53,745 bases of DNA, from positions 1 through 53,745 of the forward strand of contig JACPBX010000007.1 in the NCBI GenBank assembly GCA_016180085.1. Direction: 5' to 3'. The position numbers and the translations under genes are program-made. Shown piece by piece: positions 27,601 to 35,652 of this stretch. The first letter of the stretch is position 1; every line of letters starts with the position of its first letter. A model generated the notes under the pieces. The model had not been told where the DNA came from. It did not search any database and saw nothing but the letters and a program-made list of their open reading frames with translations. The stretch comes from Candidatus Woesearchaeota archaeon (GTDB taxonomy: Archaea > Nanobdellota > Nanobdellia > Woesearchaeales > UBA10216).

Positions 27601-29137
27601 TTACCAGAACTTCACAGTAACGATAGACAACACAGCGCCAAACGGCACAGTCATTTCACCGGCAAATGCGACAAACGTCAGGGGCTTCTTCTACGTCAAC
27701 GCTTCCGTAAATGACTCATTGACAAAAGTCCAGAACGTCAGCTTAAGGCTGAGAAGCCCGGGCGTGGAAGGTCCTCTTGTCTACGCAAAGCTGTTAGCTG
27801 GAACAATTGACCAGGGAGTCTGGAACGCTACGTTCAACAGCAGCGCAGTTCCGAATGGGGTTTACAACATCACCCTTAACGCTTCGGACTTTGCAGGCAG
27901 CAGGCTGCTTGTCAACACCTCAAACGTAGTGGTGAACAACACAGGCGTCCTTAACGTAACACTCAACTACGCAGGCAATAATGTTTCGCAGAACAGGACG
28001 TTCAGCGTTAATGCCACAATTGCCTGCCTGAGCGGCTACTGCCAGCAGGTCAACGCCACAGTCTACTACAACCTCACTTCCATCTCGCCATCTACAAGGA
28101 TTAACGCCACAGCGAAAGAAATACCGCTGCACAACGTAACCGCATATGTGAACCAGACCTGCGGCTACATGGAAATAGATGCGGTGTGCAACCTGAACTG
28201 GACCATTAACGCCACAGGCCCAACCGGAAGCAGCTACTTCCTCAGCATAAACTTCACCAGCAACAACACAGAGCTAGCCCAGAACGGCACAAGGAACTTC
28301 CAGATAAACATCTCAGAAACTGCTGTTGCAAACACTGCCCCAATAGTCTTCAACAGCAGCGTTGCCCTGAACAGCTCGGTAACGCTGACAGAGGGCACTA
28401 CAAAAGTGGTAGCAATAAGGTTCAACGTTACAGACGCTGACGGAACCAGCGACATAGCCAATGCCGCGGTTGGCGTCAATATCTCTTTCAACGGCATAAG
28501 GCGGGCAAACAACTCCGGAAACTGCGCGAATCTGGGAGATTCAGATGCAAATACCAGGCTTTTCAGCTGCAACGTAACGTTCAACTACTTTGACAACTCA
28601 ACAACATTATGGGATATTAACATAACAGCTGCTGATGCTTCTGGCGCTGTTGGCTACAATGACTCGCAAAGCCTTGGAGGAAGAGATGGCTCGCACAACC
28701 TGACTGTAAACAGCCTTTCAGCGCTGTCCCTGGTAACCACATCCGTTGTTAGCACAGCAAATCTTGGCACTACCAACAATGAGCTGTCAATAGTTATTAA
28801 CAACACAGGCAACTTTGACTTCACCCAGATTAATGTTACGCCCTACGACCTGAACGCCAGCCTGACAGACCTGTTCAGGCTGAACGGCAACTTCAGCATC
28901 AACGCAACCCAAAGCACCAGCAGCGGCTTCGGCAGCAACCTGCAGAATGGAACACCCAACAACTTCACAGACAGCAGCGAGACTTCCGCAACGCTGCCTC
29001 ACAAGATAACCAGTGGTGAAGGAGACAACCTTGGCAACCGCACCGTATACATCTACATAGACGTGCCGCAGAACAAGGGCTTAAGCACGGGTGTTACCTA
29101 CAACATTTCAGCAGCTTGGGAGATATGGGCGGAGTAG
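21653..29137 (+). CDS. Giant membrane-anchored surface protein (2494 aa): coiled coil, TM, Ig-like repeats, Gly-rich domain, C-terminal shared domain
   Basis: Uninterrupted ORF; TM followed by TGFVV; repeated DNTxPNAT..P.N.TN.SG...INASVNDS units; GGGGG-rich segment; very many N-x-S/T sequons. Confidence 0.9.
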   Translation: MKIPSEFELRSRLEALQRAREGCEERKIELFKAINKLKQDLQEGLIGEQRYNAEIAKLPKSPQQIISDCNSEIAAIDVDIDSCREQLSSLREDKKNERIRTAVILAALLLFSVGLPLLTIKLTGFVVSEEVTAYTQDITTNFTASQTFALNIERTGGVGELRSLLLGGKLIGDGKARVYLERGTERYLILNESAIKEKGVTSAKALTSITGRAVEEVKEAKAGKPEEAKEKAKEEKTKELGKEETAENATQIPLSNETEANATSENATAEITLPAPEQEAALQNETQNLTQNETLNQTQPPEAEPELPPELPSAIEVEKAINVSLAYKSGTIFDANDDGIELDILAIDFTVEGTNFSWDADQSKLCTRWVTHSIDDNSDSSICHGSAECCALVELTPFEENWDTPLDVFVGRYGATYNNTVSSQVIFANYSLDPENVYSEIYYSEFSSLPAKFATVPPLEGGIMNETNKTVAVTEFSNVCVETCSLSGIAGLNLSEYTLVIEVENATLTLSNVTYTLAKVTEIDIEPPIVTITQPRNTTYTETIASGEVRNTTTLRLDFTVNEPANSVWYSLNSQDSVTIATDTAAGTTATTITAANGTNTLLLFANDTSGNVGYAVAEFFVNITAVPIVVIDLEPPIINISSPLPNATYNTTFVPLSFALSEPATVSYFLNLQNKTEIASNVTLAAEEGRNRLLLLATDIAGNVAHESIVFFVNTSNVTAANITVNITPLLKSKKSHFKLGEDAELEFEYIQKKELVKAGKWKDGYEAYEDEDDYEEFLETVSAAKKSAVEQAIAAEKAKPKRRQVGEWAAPNETITAQLFDSEGREVGIGAEIEELREGRFGIKLPKQRAFKAGLYTLMLSFTKDGTIYTEQQDFTWGVLAINTNKSIFLPNEDAFVAMAVLDDQGHMVCDADVTLTITDPAGEAATLTTTNSEISVSDECKVLGVTNLPDYYTTYKVKGAGTYVMNLTAATANGVRTILDNFTVQSQVDFDVARAGPTRIYPPVPYTMNFTVTASDSYNGQITEFVPASFVIAPQDGLTVATAAGAKVLTWNKALKKGETASFYYQFDAPDISPEFYVLGELGIGAWKEARQWQIASDLVPAQDVNFTTPDAAAPGMNIIVQFVGASFNDSEIVKLNVSSSVIFVGQPIVSNESGHANISGKVLTVPFFINASAANQDVQVNVSGKQVNGVFKIITPAPQSGNFTGLSGNRVLGNVSNGNRTKGGTIVLDSLIIPSGLTVTINLSDSNTAKQGDQGYLPAVLVVDGPVDIQGILSVNGSDAGAVSGDIGGQGGDGGPGGGGGGAGGGDIATQNRGGHGFTGGGGGSCEGDQALCIEGKGGNGTGTQGGNATQTGAATSGWGGDGGNSTTPYAVGATGGKGDGVDGSGGGGGTGFFFGTSGKGGVDTTDAEGAGGFGGGGGSFADAGGGGGYGTAGVTLTGGGGSVYGNAQIVPLTGGSGGGGGGATSSAGGGGGGGGGAVLIIASGNVSVSGTVASIGGAGSSNTADTAGEGDGGGGSGGAIVIQSSNVSVTGTLTTLNGTSGVTAAPAGAGRVRVDGLGDTSAFAGETISGSNYTGPAIKEVTSTSVIGVANITSDVRVIVQNLSNSNSSFSGTTDTAGSFNIAVTWYTGTNFITVIQNTSTASDVVSVHSSAALATYFYTPPPSDTTVPDVAIIVPRRADLNNTNISGNFVINASVNDSASNVLQVNLTIYNHTGNVTKLVPMNISTGTRLSGYWNKTFDSTTLPDGRYNLSVNATDSAATPNTAISANVSITIDNTKPNATIVNPLNNTNISATMLINASVNDSLSKVFNVTFMLYNNTVNATGWLLATNGANTIDQGYWNTTFNTTTIREAAYNITINATDFSGNQLVLNLSTVIIDNTRPNATTLLPANQSNLSGTVTIRAGANDSLTGILNVTFQFRNSTNQTSRELATLNTGTIYAGEWTATYNTAQLADGKYNITFNATDFAGSSNVTDAGNYQNFTVTIDNTAPNGTVISPANATNVRGFFYVNASVNDSLTKVQNVSLRLRSPGVEGPLVYAKLLAGTIDQGVWNATFNSSAVPNGVYNITLNASDFAGSRLLVNTSNVVVNNTGVLNVTLNYAGNNVSQNRTFSVNATIACLSGYCQQVNATVYYNLTSISPSTRINATAKEIPLHNVTAYVNQTCGYMEIDAVCNLNWTINATGPTGSSYFLSINFTSNNTELAQNGTRNFQINISETAVANTAPIVFNSSVALNSSVTLTEGTTKVVAIRFNVTDADGTSDIANAAVGVNISFNGIRRANNSGNCANLGDSDANTRLFSCNVTFNYFDNSTTLWDINITAADASGAVGYNDSQSLGGRDGSHNLTVNSLSALSLVTTSVVSTANLGTTNNELSIVINNTGNFDFTQINVTPYDLNASLTDLFRLNGNFSINATQSTSSGFGSNLQNGTPNNFTDSSETSATLPHKITSGEGDNLGNRTVYIYIDVPQNKGLSTGVTYNISAAWEIWAE
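28799..28870 (+). repeat. 72-bp near-identical repeat, inverted relative to 19978-20049
   Basis: 71/72 identity. Confidence 0.85.
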
Positions 29138-29149
29138 AAACGAAGCAGA

Positions 29150-29524
29150 TTAAGGCTCAATCCTGGGAATGCCCAAGTTGTCAAAGTCCCTGTCATAGCT
29201 TACAATAGAATCACAGCCACTAACAAACGCACAGGCGTAATGAACAAGGTCAAAAATGCTGAGTTTAAGGCGGGCTGTTCTCTTCAACGCCTCAAAAACA
29301 ATGTTGACATCAACTTCAACAATTACAAGGTTGGACTTCAGCAGTCCTTTCACTGCCTTTTGAGCTGATTCCCTGCTGCCGGTTTCTTTCTCAATAACAA
29401 AGAACGCTTCTGTCAGGTTAAACGTGTCGACAAAGCCGCCTTCCATTATGGCGTTCTGGCATTTAACTGTGTGCACGTTATCGTAAAATGCATAAGCCAG
29501 TATGTTACTGTCCAAGTATCTCAT
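29150..29524 (-). CDS. vapC: PIN-domain (VapC-like) toxin
   Basis: YLDSNILAY, EAFFVIE, SIFDLVHYACA, IVSYDRDFD. Confidence 0.9.
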   Translation of the reverse strand: MRYLDSNILAYAFYDNVHTVKCQNAIMEGGFVDTFNLTEAFFVIEKETGSRESAQKAVKGLLKSNLVIVEVDVNIVFEALKRTARLKLSIFDLVHYACAFVSGCDSIVSYDRDFDNLGIPRIEP

Positions 29525-29744
29525 TTTCAACCAACTCGTCCATCTGCCTCGCAGTCAGCCTGTATTTAGGCTTTAACTTCTTTGCCTGCTCAAACAGCTT
29601 GCCCAAATCCTCACCAATAGGCTTAATTATTATTTCGCTTCGCCGTTTGACCAGCTCCACTTTGCTGCCTATGCGCAGATTCAAGTCTTTCCTGTACCGG
29701 GAAGGTATTGTTATTTGCTGCCCTTTGCTTACAGTCACTATCAT
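29505..29744 (-). CDS. AbrB/MazE/SpoVT-family antitoxin
   Basis: VTVSKGQQITIPSRYRKDLNLRIGSKVEL; overlaps the PIN gene start. Confidence 0.9.
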   Translation of the reverse strand: MIVTVSKGQQITIPSRYRKDLNLRIGSKVELVKRRSEIIIKPIGEDLGKLFEQAKKLKPKYRLTARQMDELVENEILGQ

Positions 29745-29809
29745 TTTAATCGCCTCCTAATGCTTAATTATTCATTAATCATTATACGTTTATAAAGTTT
29801 TCTGCGGTT

Positions 29810-30883
29810 TTATTCGTGAACATTGTTGTCACCATAGATCTGGTTGAATTCTTCAGCGTAAGCATTCGCAAGCCCTTTGTTGCGAATAATGATTATGTTC
29901 TCGTCATTCCTTTCATCCGCATTCCTTGTCGGGTTAAAGCTTCCTGTTATCACGGTTTCGTTGTCTATGACGAAGAACTTATGGTGCATCAGCCTTTTTG
30001 ACGATTCAAGCCTAATGCCAATGCCATTTGCTGCCATTGCTGCGTGCTTCGAATATTTGCTGCTTGTTGTGCTCTTTTCTATTATTCCGGCAACAGCAAC
30101 CCCTTCTGAAGCCTTGATGATAAGTTCGCTGGCTATTTCAGGATGGGTGAATGAGTAAGCTGCAAAGGCAATGCTGCTCTTCGCTTCCCTTATCCTTTCT
30201 TTAACAGCTGCTGCGCAGTTGTCTTCAGGGCAAAAATAGGCTTTGACAAGTGTGTTGTTGAGGATTGCCATTTTGGGCTTGGCATTAACCTTTTTAGCTG
30301 CGACAGCTGCAGCTGCGGTTATTTTTTGCCCTCTGCTGCCTTTGTTGCCTTTTAGCCTCTCAAAGTTGCTGCCGTAAAAAGCTGCCAAGCTTGTAGAATT
30401 GATGATGATCAGATTGTTGTAGTCGTTCCTGGCTGCAGCTACAGGGTTGAACGAGCCAGTCAGTATTGTTGTGTTGTCTATCACGCAGTATTTGTTGTGC
30501 ATTATGCCTTTTGACTTTGACTTGTAAACTGTTTTATTGGCAAAATTTACAATATCTGCAATCTTGGCTTTTTCGTCAAAAACGATTTCTGCAGCAGCGG
30601 TTGCCGGAATATTGTCAATGAGCTGCTCGTCCATCCTGTAGAATGCACACCTGGCAGAGCTCTTGGCATTGTTCAGCTGTGAAATTATCGTTTGCAGGCA
30701 GTCTTCCCTGCTGCAGAAATGCAGGGTGCTGTTAAAAAATTCTTCCTGGGCAACTGTCTGCCCCTTTGCCAAGTTGCCCGTTACAGTGCAGCCATAAGCC
30801 AGCAAGGCAGCCAAGACAGCAATAAACGCCATAGCTGGTATAGCTGGTGCCGCGGCCGGTAAATTCGGCTCTTTCATTCTCAT
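29810..30883 (-). CDS. Exported phospholipase D-like nuclease/lipase (two HKD motifs)
   Basis: MHNKYCVID..TGSFN and MHHKFFVID..TGSFN; N-terminal signal/TM. Confidence 0.9.
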   Translation of the reverse strand: MRMKEPNLPAAAPAIPAMAFIAVLAALLAYGCTVTGNLAKGQTVAQEEFFNSTLHFCSREDCLQTIISQLNNAKSSARCAFYRMDEQLIDNIPATAAAEIVFDEKAKIADIVNFANKTVYKSKSKGIMHNKYCVIDNTTILTGSFNPVAAARNDYNNLIIINSTSLAAFYGSNFERLKGNKGSRGQKITAAAAVAAKKVNAKPKMAILNNTLVKAYFCPEDNCAAAVKERIREAKSSIAFAAYSFTHPEIASELIIKASEGVAVAGIIEKSTTSSKYSKHAAMAANGIGIRLESSKRLMHHKFFVIDNETVITGSFNPTRNADERNDENIIIIRNKGLANAYAEEFNQIYGDNNVHE

Positions 30884-31038
30884 AATCGCTATGATAGAAT
30901 TTCAGGTTCTTATCCTTAAGCCGGAAATTTCAGGAAATAATCCGGCGCTTTGGGAATTTTTACTGCCGGCAAAGCAAATATTGCGGAAAAAAGGCAGAAA
31001 ATTGAAATGTTTGCGGGAATTCCGGAAATTCACTGCGC

Positions 31039-31272
31039 TTATTTTTTCCCTTCCAGCTCAAGCCCCGACTTGTACATGGTTTCGTAGCCCTTGTGCAGCT
31101 TTATCCAGACAGTATAGAGGATTATGAACACAACATCGGTTATGACAACATTCCTTACGAGCAGCGGGATTTTCGGCTCAAGAAAGGCTAATGTTCCGAT
31201 AACCGTCAAGAAGCTGACAATTACCAAGCCTCCAAGAAAAATCAGTATTCGCCTTATTGTGTTCTTACTCAT
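31039..31272 (-). CDS. Small two-TM membrane protein
   Basis: Two hydrophobic helices; overlaps the upstream ORF stop. Confidence 0.7.
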   Translation of the reverse strand: MSKNTIRRILIFLGGLVIVSFLTVIGTLAFLEPKIPLLVRNVVITDVVFIILYTVWIKLHKGYETMYKSGLELEGKK

Positions 31273-31970
31273 TTGTCAACCAGCCTTTTTACGCTGCTGC
31301 CCGCCTTGGCAAGGGCCTCTATCGTTCCTGGATACTTCCCATTAAGCTCAAGTATTTTCTGCTTCAGCCAGCCTCCAGTGGATTCTGCGTATTTAAGGTT
31401 TTTTATATTTGCATAGAGCCTGAGCTCTTTTTCGGTTATCGACTTGAAAATGTTTGCTGCACTTGCCTGCTTCTGTTGCTTCTGCAGCGGCATGAACTGC
31501 TGAGGCTGCTGCCGTCCTTCCATGGAAATCACCGTTTCCAAGAACTCTGTCGCAAGTTCATCGGCGCATTTGGCCAGTATAACAGCTGTAACAGCCGCAT
31601 TTTTGGGCATTTGCAAGGCACTTCCCGGAGTTACCGTTCCAAAGCCAAAGCCCGGCCTGCAAAGCTTTTTGACGAGGTAAGATGCTGCAACGCACTGCAG
31701 CGAGCTTTTGCTGCCGCAGACAATTGCAATCCTGTAGCCGGCATTGCTGCTTCCTGCTCCCCTGCTGCTTATGCCGCCTATGCCAGTGCCCGAAAGCTCT
31801 TTTTTGGCGCGCTTCTCAACAACATCGCACAGGCATTGCCTGCAGTATTCTATGCCTGCCATCCTCGCGTTTTTCCCGCATCTGCAGCAATTCCCAGCCA
31901 AATTTTTTCTCATGGTTGATGATGCTAAGGCTGCTGTTAGATAAGGCTTTTGGTGCAGCATATTCACCAT
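31269..31970 (-). CDS. Degenerate TtuA/Ncs6-like protein (N-terminal Zn finger retained)
   Basis: CCRCGKNA...YCRQCLCDVVEKRAKKEL, RIAIV, IFKSITEKELRLYA; no intact SGGKDS PP-loop. Confidence 0.5.
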   Translation of the reverse strand: MVNMLHQKPYLTAALASSTMRKNLAGNCCRCGKNARMAGIEYCRQCLCDVVEKRAKKELSGTGIGGISSRGAGSSNAGYRIAIVCGSKSSLQCVAASYLVKKLCRPGFGFGTVTPGSALQMPKNAAVTAVILAKCADELATEFLETVISMEGRQQPQQFMPLQKQQKQASAANIFKSITEKELRLYANIKNLKYAESTGGWLKQKILELNGKYPGTIEALAKAGSSVKRLVDK

Positions 31971-32172
31971 AGGAAGGTTGTTACTACTTTTATATACTCA
32001 ACAATCGAAAAGTTTATATATTTGCTATACCACTAAAAAGTAGAAAATAAGGTGTTAAGGGGAGTTATAGGGTAAGGCATAAAATTCGCAATCACCTCTT
32101 TTTGCCCAGGGCATCCCTTTCTCGCGAAGGGGCTGCCCCAGGGTTTAACTCTGTTCCTGTCCTGTTTGTCCC

Positions 32173-34149
32173 TCATTTCTTGTTTATTGCCTTTGTCCTT
32201 GCCCTGACCATGAGCCTTTTCTTCCCGGCAAAAGGTTTTTTTGCTGCGAGGACTGCGAGAATTATCAGGGCAAATGCAATGCCTGCGGCGAAGCCTATGG
32301 CGCCTGTTGCCAATGCTGCAGTAATCTTGGGCCTTGCCGTTTTCTGTGCTGAGGCTGTGGCGGCTGTGCTTTTGGATTTTTTAAGATAGATGCCCAGATT
32401 GCTCAGCTCGAGGGCATACTCGGAGAACAGCAGCGCTGACGGCTGGTCTGACTGCTTCAGGGTGCCTGCGTATTCGTAGTAGCTGTAGCTTACTATTGGG
32501 AATTCTCCGTTGTTTGTTTGCCTAGTTATGCTGGCCTTTGCTGCTTCCAGTTTCTTTTCTATCAGCGAGGTCAGGTTTTGGCTGCCGCTTAACGCGCTGA
32601 GCATCGCGTTGGCTTTGGCCTTTGCAATACTGGCTCGGTATATGCATGATGAGTGGTCCTTCTGCCTCAGGTAAGCGTAAGCCTGGCCCAGTTCGTCTTT
32701 GCTTTGCAGGGCGCCTGGAAGGTAAAGGTCAAGGTATTGCATATGTTCCTCTGCCTCGTGCAGCCTTGTGATGCACCCTTCCCTTAGTGATTCCTCGTAT
32801 CCGTTGTATGCCTGGGCAGGTTGGGTAGGCTGGGCGCTCTGCTGTGGTTGTGCAAGGAACTGGTTCCATGCTGCTGCGCTTCCAAGCCTTTCCCTTGCAA
32901 ACGCAAGCTGGTATATGCCGTCCTCGTAGCTTCCCTTGTCCAGGCTGGCTGAGCTTTGCTCCAGCAGCTCCCTTGCTTCCTCAAGCCTTTCCCTGACCAG
33001 ACCCCTGATCTGGAGCCCTGCGAGCGTTTTTGCTTCTGTGATGCTTTTTTCAAAGTCGGTTATTGCGTCATGGGTGCGGTTAATCTGCAGCAGCGCCTCC
33101 GGGGTGCTGATGTTTTCCTGCAGGAGCCTGACATAGCCGTATCTCACATTGGCTCCGAAGCACATGCTGGCTGCCGAGTAGTAGCTTTGGCTTTGCTTTT
33201 TCTCCATGCCTTCTGATGTGAGGTTTTTTGCCGCTTCCAGTATGCTTTGGGCTGTTTCGTTTTTGGTGCTGCCAGAACCTGTGCGAAGGGGCAGGTTTGC
33301 CAGGTTTGCGCTTTGGCTGCAGATTTCATCAGCCAGGGCGCCCATTGTTTCAGAATAGCTCCTGCTGATTTCTATGTTTTCTGGGATTTGCCCGTATGTT
33401 TTTCCAGTAAGGTAAAAAAGAGCCTCGCGGATGTCGCTGACCTCAGCCACTTCTATGCCGAGCGATTTTCCGTATTCCACGAGGTCCATGGTTTCAGGTG
33501 TTGAGTTTGACCTGCCTGTCTTGATGAAGCGCTCCCCGCTTGGAATGAGCACCAGCTTCAGGCCCTCCTTGGCTGCGGCTGCAATTTTTTCCTTCAGGCC
33601 GCCAACATTCCCTATGAGGCCGCCTGAATTTATTGTTCCTGTTACTGCCACTGAGCTGTTGATTGGCGAGTTTTCGGCTGCTGCTATTGCGATGGCAGCT
33701 GCTGCGGCGCCTGCGCTTGGCCCTCCAACCAGTGATGCGTTTGCCTCTATCCTGAAGAAGAAGTCGGTTGCGTCGCACTTCGCGGTTATGCCGATGCTTT
33801 CGCAGGCGATGTCTTTCGCGAGCCTTGTTGAGATCCTTGTGTCAAGCTTTGTCACCGGCTCTGTTTCTATGAACACGTTGCCTGCTCCGGGCGATACTTT
33901 CAGGAAGAGGTCTGCTGTTATTCCCTGTGCCTGCTGCCGGCTGCCATTCCCTTCTTGCTCTCCGTCTTTCTCTTCGTCTGATGACACTGCCAGCAGCTTG
34001 AGGTGGTATTCTTTTTCGCTTTGCAACTCTCCCTGCAGGTTTGCGGCGCTTGCGGCTGCACCCGGGCCAGAATTTAAGACGGTCAGTAGAAGCAGCGCAG
34101 CAAGGGTTAAAGCTGCAGCCACGAATGGTGCTGTTTTTTGATTTTGCAT
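32173..34149 (-). CDS. Membrane-anchored S16 (Lon-like) serine protease, archaeal COG1750 type
   Basis: VGGPSAGAA (catalytic Ser), TGTINSGGLIGNVGGLKEKI (catalytic Lys); signal peptide and C-terminal TM. Confidence 0.9.
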   Translation of the reverse strand: MQNQKTAPFVAAALTLAALLLLTVLNSGPGAAASAANLQGELQSEKEYHLKLLAVSSDEEKDGEQEGNGSRQQAQGITADLFLKVSPGAGNVFIETEPVTKLDTRISTRLAKDIACESIGITAKCDATDFFFRIEANASLVGGPSAGAAAAAIAIAAAENSPINSSVAVTGTINSGGLIGNVGGLKEKIAAAAKEGLKLVLIPSGERFIKTGRSNSTPETMDLVEYGKSLGIEVAEVSDIREALFYLTGKTYGQIPENIEISRSYSETMGALADEICSQSANLANLPLRTGSGSTKNETAQSILEAAKNLTSEGMEKKQSQSYYSAASMCFGANVRYGYVRLLQENISTPEALLQINRTHDAITDFEKSITEAKTLAGLQIRGLVRERLEEARELLEQSSASLDKGSYEDGIYQLAFARERLGSAAAWNQFLAQPQQSAQPTQPAQAYNGYEESLREGCITRLHEAEEHMQYLDLYLPGALQSKDELGQAYAYLRQKDHSSCIYRASIAKAKANAMLSALSGSQNLTSLIEKKLEAAKASITRQTNNGEFPIVSYSYYEYAGTLKQSDQPSALLFSEYALELSNLGIYLKKSKSTAATASAQKTARPKITAALATGAIGFAAGIAFALIILAVLAAKKPFAGKKRLMVRARTKAINKK

Positions 34150-34201
34150 CAAGCAGCGCTAATCGCCGGTGGTTTAAGAAGTTTATGAAGGTTAATTCCT
34201 T

Positions 34202-34474
34202 TTAGTCGTATCCTGCGAACCTTGGCGTGATGGACATCATGGATGCGATGAACATCAGCGCAAATACTAGGTCAAAAGCGACTCCCCAGCTGAGTTCTAT
34301 CCTGCCTGACACAGTGAATACTGTGGTTATTATCATGCCGAGTATAGATATCAGCGTGAACGTTGCCGGCAGGGGCTCCATGCGGTAGAAGCTTTTGAAC
34401 GGCTTCTGGCTCAGGTGCTTTTGTACCTGCCGCGGGATTTTTGCTGCAGCCACAGCTTTTTTTGCCTTTTTCAT
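34202..34474 (-). CDS. Small two-TM membrane protein
   Basis: Basic N-terminus, EPLPATF, two TMs. Confidence 0.7.
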   Translation of the reverse strand: MKKAKKAVAAAKIPRQVQKHLSQKPFKSFYRMEPLPATFTLISILGMIITTVFTVSGRIELSWGVAFDLVFALMFIASMMSITPRFAGYD

Positions 34475-34562
34475 TTTCCTCTTTTTGGTGCTCTGACCTT
34501 TTAGCTAATGGCAGAATTGTTTTATAAATCTTTTTATAAAAACAAGAAATCAAGCCTCCGTA

Positions 34563-35627
34563 TTATTTTCTCACATACGCCACATTTTTTACAATTTTGC
34601 CGATGCCGAGTGATGCATTCGTCAGTGCGATTGACTCCTCGGCAGGCATTGTGCCGAACATTGCCCTGATGGCGTCGATGTTTTCCGGCACGACATCGGC
34701 CTGCTGGTCTATTGCCATGTGCAGCCCTATCTCGCCGTCAGGGTCCACCCCTATGCCTTCTTTCCAGACACACACCTCGTAGAGGTTGCCGTTTCTGCCG
34801 TTAAGGGAAAACAGGTCTTTGAGCTTGGCTGTTGATGTCAGCCCCTTCTCGGTGGAGCACAGGAGTATTCTCGGGTTCTGCTTAAGGGATTCTGTTACCG
34901 CTTCTGCCGTTGCATTGCAGTTTTCCATTTCTATGAACAGCATGTGGCCGTGCATGAGTGTCATTGGCGCTTCCCCTGCCAGGGTTGTTATCTTCAGGCC
35001 GGGCATTATTGTTCTGACGTCAGCGGAGTGGTGGCTTGGGAAGCCTTTGCTTGTTTCAGGAACCCATGCGTTGAGCACGCTTTTTTCGCTTTCAGACTGA
35101 TCAGAGCTTCTCCTTACAAGGGTGGCTCTGACCTTCCTTATCTGAAAGCTGGTGTTGAGCGTGCTTATTATTCTGCACAGGGCTGTTGTGTTGCATGAAA
35201 CAACCCTTAGGAACCTTTTGCCTGCTGCCAGCTCAAAGTTGCAGTCGCTGTTAAAGGAAAAACCTGTGAGGTCATGCTTCTCCCCACCCTGGAATACCGA
35301 CTTAAGCCCGGGGTAGTTGCTGTAGATAGCGAGGTTTTCTTTTCCCTTGCCCTTTGGGGCGCAGTCAACAACAGCATCACATCCGTCAAGAAGCTCCTTC
35401 AGGCTTCCCTCGGCATAGTAGCCTGCTTCATCAAACTGCTTCCTGTCGCTTTCGTTCAGGCAGAATACTTTTATGCCTTTTTCCTGAGCCTCATCCACCC
35501 TGTAGTCTGCTGTTGCCTTTGTAACGCCAACAATGTCCATGTCTGGCTGCTTCATGACAGCATCAGCAACCCTTCTGCCGATGGTGCCGTAGCCGTTAAT
35601 ACCAATCCTGAGCTTTGAAATCAGCAT
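34563..35627 (-). CDS. gap: Type II (archaeal) glyceraldehyde-3-phosphate dehydrogenase
   Basis: INGYGTIGRRVADAV, FQGGEK, RVVSCNTT, SHH..DV, VVPENIDAIRAM. Confidence 0.95.
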   Translation of the reverse strand: MLISKLRIGINGYGTIGRRVADAVMKQPDMDIVGVTKATADYRVDEAQEKGIKVFCLNESDRKQFDEAGYYAEGSLKELLDGCDAVVDCAPKGKGKENLAIYSNYPGLKSVFQGGEKHDLTGFSFNSDCNFELAAGKRFLRVVSCNTTALCRIISTLNTSFQIRKVRATLVRRSSDQSESEKSVLNAWVPETSKGFPSHHSADVRTIMPGLKITTLAGEAPMTLMHGHMLFIEMENCNATAEAVTESLKQNPRILLCSTEKGLTSTAKLKDLFSLNGRNGNLYEVCVWKEGIGVDPDGEIGLHMAIDQQADVVPENIDAIRAMFGTMPAEESIALTNASLGIGKIVKNVAYVRK

Positions 35628-35652
35628 TCACCCTTGCGCTTTAGCTTGTGTG

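Noticed and set aside
19978-28870. Diversity-generating retroelement TR/VR pair
   Set aside because: The single mismatch is C/T rather than at an adenine, both copies are coding, and there is no reverse transcriptase in the window.
30885-31040. GGAAATTTC/TTCCGGAAA-rich intergenic stretch as a fourth copy of the 40-bp element, and ORF 30891-31127
   Set aside because: It shares only short words and lacks CACTGGACA. The ORF is antisense to a better-supported gene.
32106-32176. 27-codon ORF and GGGCA...TGCCC hairpin after the S16 protease gene
   Set aside because: Too short to support. It is most simply a terminator or stability hairpin.
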